Shown: piece after piece, positions 23,108 through 32,780 of the stretch
Position numbering within the stretch: position 1 is the stretch's first letter
How the letters are laid out: the number at the start of each line of letters is the position of its first letter
Virus record (IMG/VR): IMGVR_UViG_3300021399_000102
Location: 137,558 to 201,557 of that record
Reading direction: 5' to 3' (one strand)
DNA: 64,000 nucleotides
Source: a virus
Lineage: Duplodnaviria > Caudoviricetes
Made by a program: the position numbers and the translations under genes
The notes under the pieces: generated by a model
What the model saw: only the letters and a program-made list of their open reading frames with translations
What the model was told of the DNA's origin: nothing
Databases searched by the model: none

Positions 23108-23434
23108 TTATCGGCGGGTTCGTTCGTAGCATATCTTCTTGCGCTTGCTCTTCGGTAATGGCTTCTTAAGCGTTGAATTCTTCATATTGAAGAGCGTGGC
23201 ATAGATGTCCTCCGTGGATTCTCCAATAAATGTGGAATAGTCAATCAACATGGACATCATTTCCACTGGGCAAGCTTCAAACGCCTCGACATCATTCGCC
23301 AGTTTGGATGCCTCCTTGGACAAGGACTTGAGTTTGGAACGCATTTCCTTGAAGTGCCAATAGAGGTCGTCACTGTGCTTCTTGAACTTGCCGAATTTAA
23401 TCTTGAACTTGTTTATGGATTCTGTTTTCTTCAT
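23108..23434 (-). CDS. hypothetical protein
   Basis: 108 aa basic, coiled-coil-like ORF. Confidence 0.65.
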   Translation of the reverse strand: MKKTESINKFKIKFGKFKKHSDDLYWHFKEMRSKLKSLSKEASKLANDVEAFEACPVEMMSMLIDYSTFIGESTEDIYATLFNMKNSTLKKPLPKSKRKKICYERTRR

Positions 23435-23447
23435 GTTGTATTATACC

Positions 23448-23876
23448 TCATTGCCAGGACTTTGTGAATAGCACGCCCATCTTCTCTCTCTGTTTTCTCC
23501 ATATGGCTACCACATCCACGATTTGGTCTATGATTTTCCAGGTTATGTTGGTAGTGCCATCCTTGCTTTCGGTGAATGCAAACAGAACGCTTCTTGTCCA
23601 TGGCTGCTTCACCTCCACATATTCCATGGTATATGCCAACGACCACTTGGCGAGGGTTTCTATGAGTTGTTCCTTGTTGATTTGCCGAACATTCAGTGTA
23701 TCGCCAATTTTCCCATTGGACAGGTATATGGAATTGACATCCTCAGTTTGCACTCGTAGGAGGACTTGCCCAATCGCCTCCACAACGTCACTGTCGTCGT
23801 GTATCCAAATTACCCGTTCCATATTGGGAATTAGATGTTGCGGTAGTCGGGCTTGTAGACCATCTTCTCGCCCCAT
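23448..23876 (-). CDS. hypothetical protein, dispersed member of the SLTH paralog family (true start probably ATG 23822)
   Basis: AKWSLAYTME...TESKDGTTNITWKIIDQIV. Confidence 0.7.
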   Translation of the reverse strand: MGREDGLQARLPQHLIPNMERVIWIHDDSDVVEAIGQVLLRVQTEDVNSIYLSNGKIGDTLNVRQINKEQLIETLAKWSLAYTMEYVEVKQPWTRSVLFAFTESKDGTTNITWKIIDQIVDVVAIWRKQREKMGVLFTKSWQ

Positions 23877-25297
23877 TCCACGAAGTCCTTGGGCGCGTCA
23901 GGAGTGAGGACGAAGAGGGTCGGATAGGGCGGTGGGTAGGTGGGCATGGAAATGTACCCATCTGTGAAGGTAATGCAACAATTGAAGTCGTCGCCCAACT
24001 CGCGCAGCTTCTTGAAGGCTGGCCGGAAGTCGGATCCACCACCACCCTTCGCGTTGAACTTGTCGAACTCCATCGGCGTCTCGGCGTCATAGTTCTTGAC
24101 GTCCTGAACCTCCGCATCACACTGAACGAGCGTGATTTCGTACTTGCCAAAGGACTCAACGAGAGCCTTGAACTCAGCCAAGAACTTGGGCAAGTCCTGG
24201 AGGTATGAACCAGACGTGTCAAGGACGAGAGCTGCCTTGATTTTCATGTCGGTCTTCCCAGGGAGATAGTGACCACGCGCAAGAGCGTGACGGGAGCAAC
24301 GAGACCAGGAGTGTTCGCCACCAAGGGTCTTCGTCACGAACTGGGAAAGTGCTTCCTTCCAATTGATTTCGGGCTTGAGCATTTCCTTCACCAGGTTGTC
24401 GATGCCAGCCGGAAGGTGTCCCTGCTTGCGTTCGATGCTCTGAGCCACGGCAGTGACCATTTCCTTTATCTTGTTCTCAGCCTCACGGGCGTCACCCATC
24501 TTGGGGTTGAAGTCCGGGTCGTTTCCACGCTTGCCAAACTTGCCATCCTGCTCCTGAGCGTTTCCATTTCCATCACCCTCATATATGTGCTTGTCGAACT
24601 GATTTCCATACTGACACTTGTTGTTGCCATTGTTCTGACCCTTGCCATTCTGATTGCCCTTCTGCTTGCCACCATTGGAGTTGGAAGAGGAAGAAGAAGA
24701 GGACGAATCACCCTGACCATCCTGGGAGTCGCTATCCTGGTCACCTTCGCCACCACCTTGGCTCTGCTGACCCTTGCCACCACCCTGATTCTTCTGATTT
24801 TGCTGATTCTTCTGTTTCTGCTTCTGCATCTGCTTCATCAAATAGGCGTAGATGTCCTCGGCGTTCTTTCCTGCCACGATGGGATCAGGGAAACAAGCAT
24901 CCTTGAGAACTTCAAGACCCTCGTTCTGAAGCATGTGGTTGATTTCCATGTCAGTAGCCACGTTCCAAAGCATCTGGTCACGAGCCTGGCGCCGGATGAA
25001 GTGAAGGAAGATGTTGTGCCAAACCTCGTGGGCAAGGACGAACTCTCTCTGACCCTTCGTGAGGTTGGAGTAGAACTCGCAATCAAAGTAAATCTTCGAC
25101 CCATCGGTGGCTGCAGTCAAGCAGTTCTTGTCATAGGTGGGGATGATGGAGAATCGCAGAAGCATCTCGCCAATGAAGGGGTGCTTTTCCAGCAGGTTCC
25201 AACGGGCAACTTCAAGACCCTTGGCAACCTTCGTCTTCACTTCCTTGATATCAACTTCTGTCATGTTTCTGACTCCTATTGGCGAATTCATGGGCAT
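23831..25297 (-). CDS. HEXXH metallopeptidase-like plus VWA domain protein (DUF2201 type)
   Basis: TAATDG, FVLAHEVWH, ATDMEIN, Q/G/S-rich linker, LDTSGS MIDAS, GGGGSDFRPAF, TFTDGY. Confidence 0.88.
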   Translation of the reverse strand: MPMNSPIGVRNMTEVDIKEVKTKVAKGLEVARWNLLEKHPFIGEMLLRFSIIPTYDKNCLTAATDGSKIYFDCEFYSNLTKGQREFVLAHEVWHNIFLHFIRRQARDQMLWNVATDMEINHMLQNEGLEVLKDACFPDPIVAGKNAEDIYAYLMKQMQKQKQKNQQNQKNQGGGKGQQSQGGGEGDQDSDSQDGQGDSSSSSSSSNSNGGKQKGNQNGKGQNNGNNKCQYGNQFDKHIYEGDGNGNAQEQDGKFGKRGNDPDFNPKMGDAREAENKIKEMVTAVAQSIERKQGHLPAGIDNLVKEMLKPEINWKEALSQFVTKTLGGEHSWSRCSRHALARGHYLPGKTDMKIKAALVLDTSGSYLQDLPKFLAEFKALVESFGKYEITLVQCDAEVQDVKNYDAETPMEFDKFNAKGGGGSDFRPAFKKLRELGDDFNCCITFTDGYISMPTYPPPYPTLFVLTPDAPKDFVEWGEKMVYKPDYRNI

Positions 25298-25424
25298 CGC
25301 CTATTCTCCCTTGAAACACCTATATTATACCACATTCAGCTTCCGAAAGTCAATACCCCTTTAGACTTAATTTTTCATCCCCAAGGTGGTATAATTCCTT
25401 GAACGAAAATGACGAGGAAATGCA

Positions 25425-26417
25425 ATGAAAATACGCATATTTTCAGATATCCACGTGGATATAAACCAAAAGTTCCCTTTTTCCTTCAAGGAAGGGGAAA
25501 AAGACACTTTTACGCTTATAGCCGGTGACGTTTCCGGCAATGTCAAGCTCACCGCAAAGTGGATTCAGCAGAACATCCACAATGGCATGTTCATAGTCGG
25601 CAACCACGATCCATCCTACAACGATCTTGGATGGACGATTGGGAAGCAAAAGAAGTATTTGGCTCAGAAGTTCCCTGTGGATGCACCAGTGACTTTCCTC
25701 GACGAATCGGTTGGCGTGATGGCGAAGGAAATTCCTGGAACGAATGTCATAGTCGTGGCGTCAACCCTCTACACCGACTACAAGTATGTTTCTGAATGGT
25801 CTCAACGTTGCTTTGACGATGGCAACAGGAGACGTGAAGAGCATGGCGAGAAGAAGCTCACCATTGAGGAAATGAACATGAGCGCCGCAGGTCGGGGTCT
25901 CAACGACTTTCGATGGGGTCACGTTGAAGATGAGTTTGACGATAGGGGATTGAAGCAGAGGCTTGTGAGACCCGACGACTACAAGAAGTGGTTTGATATC
26001 ACCTTCAAGAAGATGACAGAAATCGTCGAATCCAACCAGAACAAGGACATAATCGTGATGACCCACCACTGCCCAACGCCAAAGTGCATATCAGAACGAT
26101 ATGTCAAGGATCATATGAACGCATCCTATGTCTCTGACTTGGAGAGGTTCATACTGAACCATACTAACATCAAGGTGTGGTGCTGTGGTCATGTCCATTC
26201 TCAGTTCATGGACAAGATTGGAGAGAACAACCAGTGGATAGTTTGCAACCCCAGGGGATACGAGAGGGAGATGGAGTCAGGAACTTGGAACCCCAACACC
26301 TTCATAGACACCGACACATGGGAATTGACCATCGAGCCATATGAGAATCAGAAGTTGGTGGAAGCAAGGAAGAAGTTCCACGACGACTTCATGAAATATG
26401 CTCCACTGTTCTTCTAA
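25425..26417 (+). CDS. calcineurin-like metallophosphoesterase
   Basis: SDIH, AGD, GNHD, THHCP, GHVH, NPRGY. Confidence 0.9.
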   Translation: MKIRIFSDIHVDINQKFPFSFKEGEKDTFTLIAGDVSGNVKLTAKWIQQNIHNGMFIVGNHDPSYNDLGWTIGKQKKYLAQKFPVDAPVTFLDESVGVMAKEIPGTNVIVVASTLYTDYKYVSEWSQRCFDDGNRRREEHGEKKLTIEEMNMSAAGRGLNDFRWGHVEDEFDDRGLKQRLVRPDDYKKWFDITFKKMTEIVESNQNKDIIVMTHHCPTPKCISERYVKDHMNASYVSDLERFILNHTNIKVWCCGHVHSQFMDKIGENNQWIVCNPRGYEREMESGTWNPNTFIDTDTWELTIEPYENQKLVEARKKFHDDFMKYAPLFF

Positions 26418-26418
26418 T

Positions 26419-26790
26419 ATGCGGAACATCCCCAGACTTTCAAGCAACGCGCTCCCAATCATCGTAAAGAGGTTGGGGAAAAAGGCGGCACAATCGAAGT
26501 CGAAGTACAGGATATCCGCAATGGGCTTCGACAAGCGGGGAGAGTTCATAGCTCAGGCATTCAATGGACTTCCACAAGATGGTGTCATTGGACCAGGGTC
26601 GGGAAGACACGCCGAATCCATATTGATGGCGAAATATGGAGACTTGCTCAAGACCATCGTGATTTCAAGGATTGGTCATAGTGGCGAGTGGAGACCAATA
26701 AAGCCATGTCAGAATTGCAAGAAGATGGCTGACAAACTGGGCGTGAAGTTGATTACCATAGATCAGTGCAAGGGAGAAGACGATGATTAA
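26419..26790 (+). CDS. zinc-dependent cytidine/dCMP deaminase-like protein
   Basis: HAE and PCxxC (KPCQNC) motifs. Confidence 0.75.
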   Translation: MRNIPRLSSNALPIIVKRLGKKAAQSKSKYRISAMGFDKRGEFIAQAFNGLPQDGVIGPGSGRHAESILMAKYGDLLKTIVISRIGHSGEWRPIKPCQNCKKMADKLGVKLITIDQCKGEDDD

Positions 26791-27076
26791 GAAGAGTTGC
26801 GTACACTACCGTTGGAATGGAGACTATTCCCAGGACTTGTGCATGAGGAATGGCGAACACGCAATCACCGACTTCAACTGCAAGGATTGTCAGGACTTCA
26901 TCACCCACAACAGGGGACTTAAACCATGCCCATTCTGCGGTGGAAAAGCGTATTTGGACAAGACCTACGAATTGAAGGATGAATGGGAGGTCTTCTGCCA
27001 GAAGTGCTTCGTCTCCATGAAGAAGCGTGGAATCAAGAAAGTTGTTGACGCTTGGAATTCTCGCAAGTCTCTTTGA
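26783..27076 (+). CDS. Lar-like restriction alleviation zinc-finger protein
   Basis: LKPCPFCGGKA...CQKC...AWNSR. Confidence 0.75.
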   Translation: MIKKSCVHYRWNGDYSQDLCMRNGEHAITDFNCKDCQDFITHNRGLKPCPFCGGKAYLDKTYELKDEWEVFCQKCFVSMKKRGIKKVVDAWNSRKSL

Positions 27077-27731
27077 TTATGTCCTCGCAGGACTGATATG
27101 GATTTGCGAATGGAGAGAACTCCCCATAGTGGATTCCTGCCTTGAATCTCCACCATTGATACCCCTCCTCGTATGTGTCGAAGGTCTCGTTGACAAAGCA
27201 TGTCCTATTCTTGCTCATGTATTGAAACTCACCTGACCTCAATCCTTCCTCCGCTTCTGCCATTGTTGGATATGACTTGGAGAATGTGAACTTCCACTTG
27301 CCATTCTTGAGTTGATGTCCATGCTTCTTCATCGAGTTCCACCCATTCTGAATTGAGGAACATGTGCGTAGATTCTGGATTCTGTTGTCAAGTCTATTCC
27401 TGTTCTTGTGGTCAATCACCTCGCCCCAATCTGGTATCATATCATTCAAGTATGCAACGACTTGATGCAATGGAACGCCAAAGCAAGAGACATAACCATT
27501 CTTGTTCTCACGCCAACCAGACCAAGGCAATTGAAGCCAAGTCGCGCCATCCAATATGAATTCGTTTGATTCTCCATTGGAACTGCATTGATAATTCAAC
27601 GGTTTTACGACCGCAATGCCATTTACGATATGGAACTTGTTCTCAATCCCAGGTTCCTTTATTTGTTGATAATGATTGCCAAATCTACGGATGAAGTTGT
27701 ATGTCATATGGCAATTATATTGAATTGTCAC
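27033..27731 (-). CDS. HNH endonuclease
   Basis: LHQVVA...VIDHKNRNRLDNRIQNLR...NGWN, AP2-like C-terminus ending HYGEF. Confidence 0.85.
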   Translation of the reverse strand: MTIQYNCHMTYNFIRRFGNHYQQIKEPGIENKFHIVNGIAVVKPLNYQCSSNGESNEFILDGATWLQLPWSGWRENKNGYVSCFGVPLHQVVAYLNDMIPDWGEVIDHKNRNRLDNRIQNLRTCSSIQNGWNSMKKHGHQLKNGKWKFTFSKSYPTMAEAEEGLRSGEFQYMSKNRTCFVNETFDTYEEGYQWWRFKAGIHYGEFSPFANPYQSCEDIIKETCENSKRQQLS

Positions 27732-28864
27732 TTGTATCTTCCAATCACTTGAACCCTAAACAGATTCTCCCATGGAACTCCTATATTGAACTTCTGCATT
27801 GAGTTGAAGTATGTATGTATGGGAAGAACTATGGTGAATCCAGATGCTCTTTTGTTCATCAGCATTGGTCTGGAAACCACGGTGTCGTAGGTTGGTTCTG
27901 CTCGGCTTTCAAGGTCAAACTTGTCGTATCCAAACACGAAATCACCAGAGCCATAGGTGTCGAAGAACACGCAATATTCGTCGTTTGCAAATGCCTCTGG
28001 GAACACAATCTCCCTGAAGAACACGTTTGTCCCATATCGCAAGTTGTTGAAGTTCTGGCCAGACTTCAACGCCACAGAGAACATATCGTCCTCAATGTAC
28101 TTCTTGGAGAATATGGTATCGTCAGACTCGTCCCATATTGGGGACTTTTGGTAGAAGTACCTCTTGTCCTTTATCTTGATTTCTTGGTTTGCCCTCATGT
28201 CGAAACCATATCTGATGTTGTACTCCATTATGCCATTGGTGCTTTTGGTCTTTCTCCCATTCCAACTGACCTCGTTTATCTTCTCTGTGGAATTGACCAA
28301 CGAATACTTTCCAACTTGCCAAGGCGTTTGCAAGTTGGAATAGTCTTTCTTGACCAAGTTGTTCGCTATGTTCTCAGAGCCAATGAGACCATGTTCGTTT
28401 CCAACGTGTTCCTCTATGAGATTCTTGAACACTTCAAGCACGACAGAACGCATCTCGTTGAGGTTCTGAAGCAAATAGGACAATGGATTCAACAACTGCC
28501 ACTTGGACTTCGTGAATACAGGTATGTGGTCAACGATGTCGTAGTTCGGAATGTTGGTGTTGTTGTTGGCCAGGGAAACCAATATGAACACGAATTCACG
28601 CTTCCCTTGCTCCACAGAGGTCTGTTTGCTCTCTTCCTTGAAATAGACGACCACATCACCTTCACTATATGAAATGTTTGGATCCCAGAGGGTCAATGAC
28701 AGGGTTTGCCCAGCAGCAAGCTCCTCCATCTCTGAGGTCAGTTGGGACATCTCGTTTAGAATCCTCTTCACCCCATATGTGGTCAAAGGCTCATTGGGCG
28801 AGAGAAACCTTACCTTCCCAAGTTTCTCCTTCAATTTCTCTATCTGATTGGTTGTAGTCATCAA
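27728..28864 (-). CDS. late virion structural protein (baseplate/fiber-associated)
   Basis: GTAAATA 4 nt before ATG; WDPNISYSEGDVVVY carbohydrate-binding-like motif; IVFPEAF H-lectin-like tail. Confidence 0.65.
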   Translation of the reverse strand: MMTTTNQIEKLKEKLGKVRFLSPNEPLTTYGVKRILNEMSQLTSEMEELAAGQTLSLTLWDPNISYSEGDVVVYFKEESKQTSVEQGKREFVFILVSLANNNTNIPNYDIVDHIPVFTKSKWQLLNPLSYLLQNLNEMRSVVLEVFKNLIEEHVGNEHGLIGSENIANNLVKKDYSNLQTPWQVGKYSLVNSTEKINEVSWNGRKTKSTNGIMEYNIRYGFDMRANQEIKIKDKRYFYQKSPIWDESDDTIFSKKYIEDDMFSVALKSGQNFNNLRYGTNVFFREIVFPEAFANDEYCVFFDTYGSGDFVFGYDKFDLESRAEPTYDTVVSRPMLMNKRASGFTIVLPIHTYFNSMQKFNIGVPWENLFRVQVIGRYK

Positions 28865-29334
28865 TGGTTATTTACCATCTTTGGCGACTTATCCAACTCG
28901 TAGTCAATCAAATGACGAACATCATCTTCGTATTCTGTCTGGAACGAACCAAACGAGATTTCCTCGTTCTTGAATATGCAGTAGAAGCACTGACCATAGT
29001 CGTCAAAAAAGATTGGTACGCATTGTCCGCGATATACTATGGTTTCAACGTACTCCAAACGCTCGAACTTCATCAAACTCTGGCCAACTTCCTCGAAAAG
29101 CTCAGAGAACTCTTGGTAGTTCTTGTACAAGTCCTCGCAATCAGTCCATTCGTTTCTGTCTTTGGAATATTGAGCATCGTGGGGATAGTCCATGCCAGAG
29201 AGGTCATAGGTTATTCTATAATACCCTTTCTTGAGCTTCTTGCCCTTCACTGTCATTGGCTTCTCCACCCAATAGATTACGTAGTAGGTGGTCTTCTGTT
29301 CCTCTTGAATAGATTTCTTGTTCTTGGATGCCAT
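28861..29334 (-). CDS. hypothetical protein
   Basis: AAGGAG RBS, 157 aa. Confidence 0.7.
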   Translation of the reverse strand: MASKNKKSIQEEQKTTYYVIYWVEKPMTVKGKKLKKGYYRITYDLSGMDYPHDAQYSKDRNEWTDCEDLYKNYQEFSELFEEVGQSLMKFERLEYVETIVYRGQCVPIFFDDYGQCFYCIFKNEEISFGSFQTEYEDDVRHLIDYELDKSPKMVNNH

Positions 29335-29368
29335 GATAATCTCCTTATATGGAAATTATACTACAACC

Positions 29369-30514
29369 TCAGTATGGCGTATAGTCGTCTGTCCCCATTG
29401 GATTCTGCGCTTGCAATTCTTCTTCTGTTGGAGATATGGTGTCATCCACGTCCAACCACGGTCGGGTCTCTATGGGCTTGTAGGGCATGCCATATTGATT
29501 CACATAGTTCTGAGATTGCAACGTCTGCGTCATGTGGTCTGGCGTGACCTCAACCTCTTGGTCGTACAACCTATGCTTCTAAGCAACGAAAGTCAAGCCA
29601 TCGCCAGCTTCAGGGACATAGCCAAATGGCTCGTTTGGATTCGTCCTTGGAACAAGCATCCCCGTATCAGGATCTCGTTCATAATCCAGAATCCAGTCTA
29701 TTTGCTCGTATTCAGGATAGGGGATTTTGCCATCATCCAACTTGCCAAGGTAGTTATCTATGGTCATTTCCTTCACTGCACCCAAATCCTAATCACCAGC
29801 ACCAAGATGCCCAGCTTGGTTTCTCTTGACATCATCTGAATCTGGCTCCAAATATGGCACTGCATGGATTTCAGCAGAGATCTTCGTGATTGGTGCAACA
29901 TATGGATTGATGGCAGTGAGAGGTTCTTGCTTCGTTCCACCAAATATGTGCGTCTTGTAGGTGAAAGAAAGCTCAGCAGTATGGATTTCGTCAGCATCCT
30001 TGGAAATCTCTGGCTCTGAAGATATGGATATGTCCGGGGACATCACCACCTATGATGTGTATTTCACGTTCGTGTATTTGGGATGTCTCGATGATACATA
30101 TACATCAGTGTTGAAGAATGGCAATATCTGCCCCAACATCATGTCTATGTCAGACAACCAACGAGACACCAAGCACACCTTGAACTATAGGTCTATTGGA
30201 GTTGGCGTGTAAAGGTCATAGTTTATCCTTCCCTCAATCTCCTGGTTCTTGATTTCGTTGTGCAGGTTCGTTATTCTTGAAGTCGCTATTGAAATGCCAG
30301 TCCTCTACACGGTAATCATTGGAAGCTGAAGCGCCTGCTGCTTCTCCAAGTTCTTGAATATGCGTGACCGATCACTGATAACTACCGGCACATCAATCGT
30401 AACCCTCGTCTTGTTCTCCTAATCCTATGAACGAGTTATCCTGAAGTTACGAAACAAGGATGCGAACAAGATGTTCGCTACCCGAAGTTCACTATTCCAA
30501 TTTCTAATTTGCAT
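29369..30514 (-). CDS. tail terminator / sheath stabilizer (T4 gp15-like, 381 aa); 7 in-frame TAG
   Basis: visible only with readthrough (TAG 30425, 30419, 30305, 30185, 30050, 29789, 29579): FASLFRNFRITR..IDVPVV..LPMITV..YTPTPIDL..DIDMMLGQILPFFN..AELSFTYKTHIF parallels gp15; GTAAATA 5 nt before ATG. Confidence 0.85.
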
Positions 30515-30594
30515 ATTGTTATTTACCATTATCGGTTTTCAATTCAATTTTGGTAAATATGAGATGACATCACAATCAAAGAAGGTGATATGAC

Positions 30595-31332
30595 ATGAAT
30601 CGAAATCTCAAAGTAAAGCACTTGATCACAGAATCTGACATGCACGACTACGACCTCATCAAGGAATCCACGAACGATGGTTCTACTTTGTTGAAGTTGG
30701 CGGGTCCATTTGCAGTTTGCGAGACCTTGAACAACAACAATAGAATGTACCACTTGGAGGAAATGGTGGAAGAATGCAAGAAGTATCAAGAGGTGATTGA
30801 TGCTCATCGGGCGTTGAGCGAACTTGAACACCCAGACGACATCAACATCAATCCTGACAGGGTTTGTGCCAGAATTACGAAGTTCTATCAAGATCCACAT
30901 GACGAAAAGACTTTCTTGGGCGAAGCCATCATCATGCAGGGAGACCCCAAGGCTGGCATCCCTGGCACTCCTTGTGGCATAATCGTAGGCTCTATGCTTC
31001 AATATGGCACGAAGATGGGATTCTCAACAAGAGGTCTTGGCAATCCAGAGGAAGATGAGGATGGAAACACCTATGTTGGCGATTATCAGCTCATCTGTAT
31101 TGACCTCGTGACCGATCCGTCAATTGGTCGGTTTTGCGATGCCAAGCAGGAATCCAAGGCTGTGAATGGCATATTGGAGTCAATTGAATATTTGGTGGAT
31201 TCCAATCAGTTGGTCGTCGAATCCCGTGTGGTTGATAAGTTCAAGAAGGACTTGAAGGTGTTGCCAAACGACAGCGCAGAGAGGTTCATGAAGTTGAAGG
31301 GTGCTGTTGACAAGTTTCTTCGTGGAATATGA
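30595..31332 (+). CDS. prohead core protease (T4 gp21-like)
   Basis: NNNNRMY, SELEHPD, GFSTRGLG, IDLVTDPS; GTAAATA upstream. Confidence 0.92.
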   Translation: MNRNLKVKHLITESDMHDYDLIKESTNDGSTLLKLAGPFAVCETLNNNNRMYHLEEMVEECKKYQEVIDAHRALSELEHPDDININPDRVCARITKFYQDPHDEKTFLGEAIIMQGDPKAGIPGTPCGIIVGSMLQYGTKMGFSTRGLGNPEEDEDGNTYVGDYQLICIDLVTDPSIGRFCDAKQESKAVNGILESIEYLVDSNQLVVESRVVDKFKKDLKVLPNDSAERFMKLKGAVDKFLRGI

Positions 31333-31373
31333 TTTATGTAGAACAATCTGCAAACAAAATGAGGTAAAGCAAA

Positions 31374-32123
31374 ATGGCAATATACATAAACAAACTTAAT
31401 GGCGGAAACATCACGATTGGATCTAGTGGTGGATCTGCTCCAACAGGACATCCAGAAACCAGATTCACACTTCAAGATGGAACTGTTGAAACATACAACA
31501 TAACAGGTACGCTTAATAAGCAATGGTTTATTGACAATGGGTATTTTGATGAAGATGCAGGCATGTGGCTAAAGTCCATAACCCAAGTTGACATCGGAAA
31601 TACCATAACGAGCATCGATAATGAGACGTTCAATGGCTGCAGCGGGCTTATGTTGTTCATTGTTAGTGATGACAACACCAATTATAAGTCTGTCAACGGG
31701 TTATTGTTGTCTAAGGATGGCAAGACGCTTATTGCGGGCGTAAATGGCGATGTGACGATCCCATCCGGCGTGACGACCATTGGAGATTATGCGTTCTACG
31801 ACTATAGTGGGCTTACGAGCGTGGAGATTCCCAACGGCGTTACGAACATCGGGAATGGGGTGTTCTCCGCATGCTATAGTCTTATGAGCGTGACGATCCC
31901 TGACAGCGTGACGAGCATCGGCAATTATGCGTTCTCTGGCTGCAGCGGGCTGACAAGCGTGACGATACCCGACAGCGTGACGAGCATCAGGTATGGGGCG
32001 TTCGAGGATTGTGGAAGTCTTACGACCATCACCGTCATGGGCAAGACTACAGCAGATGCTCAGACCTTGCTTGCTAATGCTGCGGTTCCAGCAGGCTGCA
32101 CGATAGTTGGCGAACTTGGCTGA
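31374..32123 (+). CDS. BspA-type leucine-rich repeat protein
   Basis: tandem LTSVTIPDSVTSIGxYAFxGC repeats. Confidence 0.9.
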   Translation: MAIYINKLNGGNITIGSSGGSAPTGHPETRFTLQDGTVETYNITGTLNKQWFIDNGYFDEDAGMWLKSITQVDIGNTITSIDNETFNGCSGLMLFIVSDDNTNYKSVNGLLLSKDGKTLIAGVNGDVTIPSGVTTIGDYAFYDYSGLTSVEIPNGVTNIGNGVFSACYSLMSVTIPDSVTSIGNYAFSGCSGLTSVTIPDSVTSIRYGAFEDCGSLTTITVMGKTTADAQTLLANAAVPAGCTIVGELG

Positions 32124-32780
32124 CGTGGCAATAATCAATGCCGAAGAAGAGACCACCAAGATGAACTGGTGGTCTCTTTCTTTATGCAACCATCTTGACA
32201 ACGACAATGCCCAAGCAAATCAACCAAGCAATCTCTACACCTCATAGGGTTGTTGCGAACATGAGCGTCTGAACAAATTGCTTGACGCTTTTCAGAAATA
32301 CCATTAGAAGTCCCTCCAAACCGACTTGTGCATAACAATGTCGTTGCCATAGGTCTTGTACAACCATTTCTCCACTTGCCAACTATCACAGAACAATGTA
32401 TGCTCTGGCCAAATATCCCTCCAGAAGAAGAGGCAAACCCTCATTTGGGGTCTAACATAAATCGGTCGTGCCCAACCTGCGTGGTGTTTGCTGCATCCTG
32501 TGGCAAGCCTAAAGTGCTTTCTCATTGTGTTTCCCTCAATGAAGGTTTCTATGTTCGTTTAGAACGTCGCCATATGGCTTTTCCCATTTCTCTGTCGGGT
32601 TCCAAAGCTCCATATATTCGCCAATTTGCTCCAAGAAGGTCTTGGCATAAACCTCTGACGCAGTAAGTGGAATTCCCATTTGACTCTTGTCGCAAAGGGT
32701 CAATATGTCCCAATCGCACATATTGAAGGAGAACCCCTTGGTGTTGCCAAGCAGCTTTATGTGCAGTTTCTCTATCCAGC

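Noticed and set aside
24269-25402. Long plus-strand ORFs antisense to real genes (also 10403..11116, 27815..28672, 32916..33575, 33986..34657)
   Set aside because: Antisense shadows of motif-bearing minus-strand genes with biased codon usage.
15292-30514. Fragmented structural genes read as pseudogenes or frameshifts
   Set aside because: All fragments of each gene are in one frame and every break is TAG, never TAA, TGA or an indel. Repeats show Gln at those sites.
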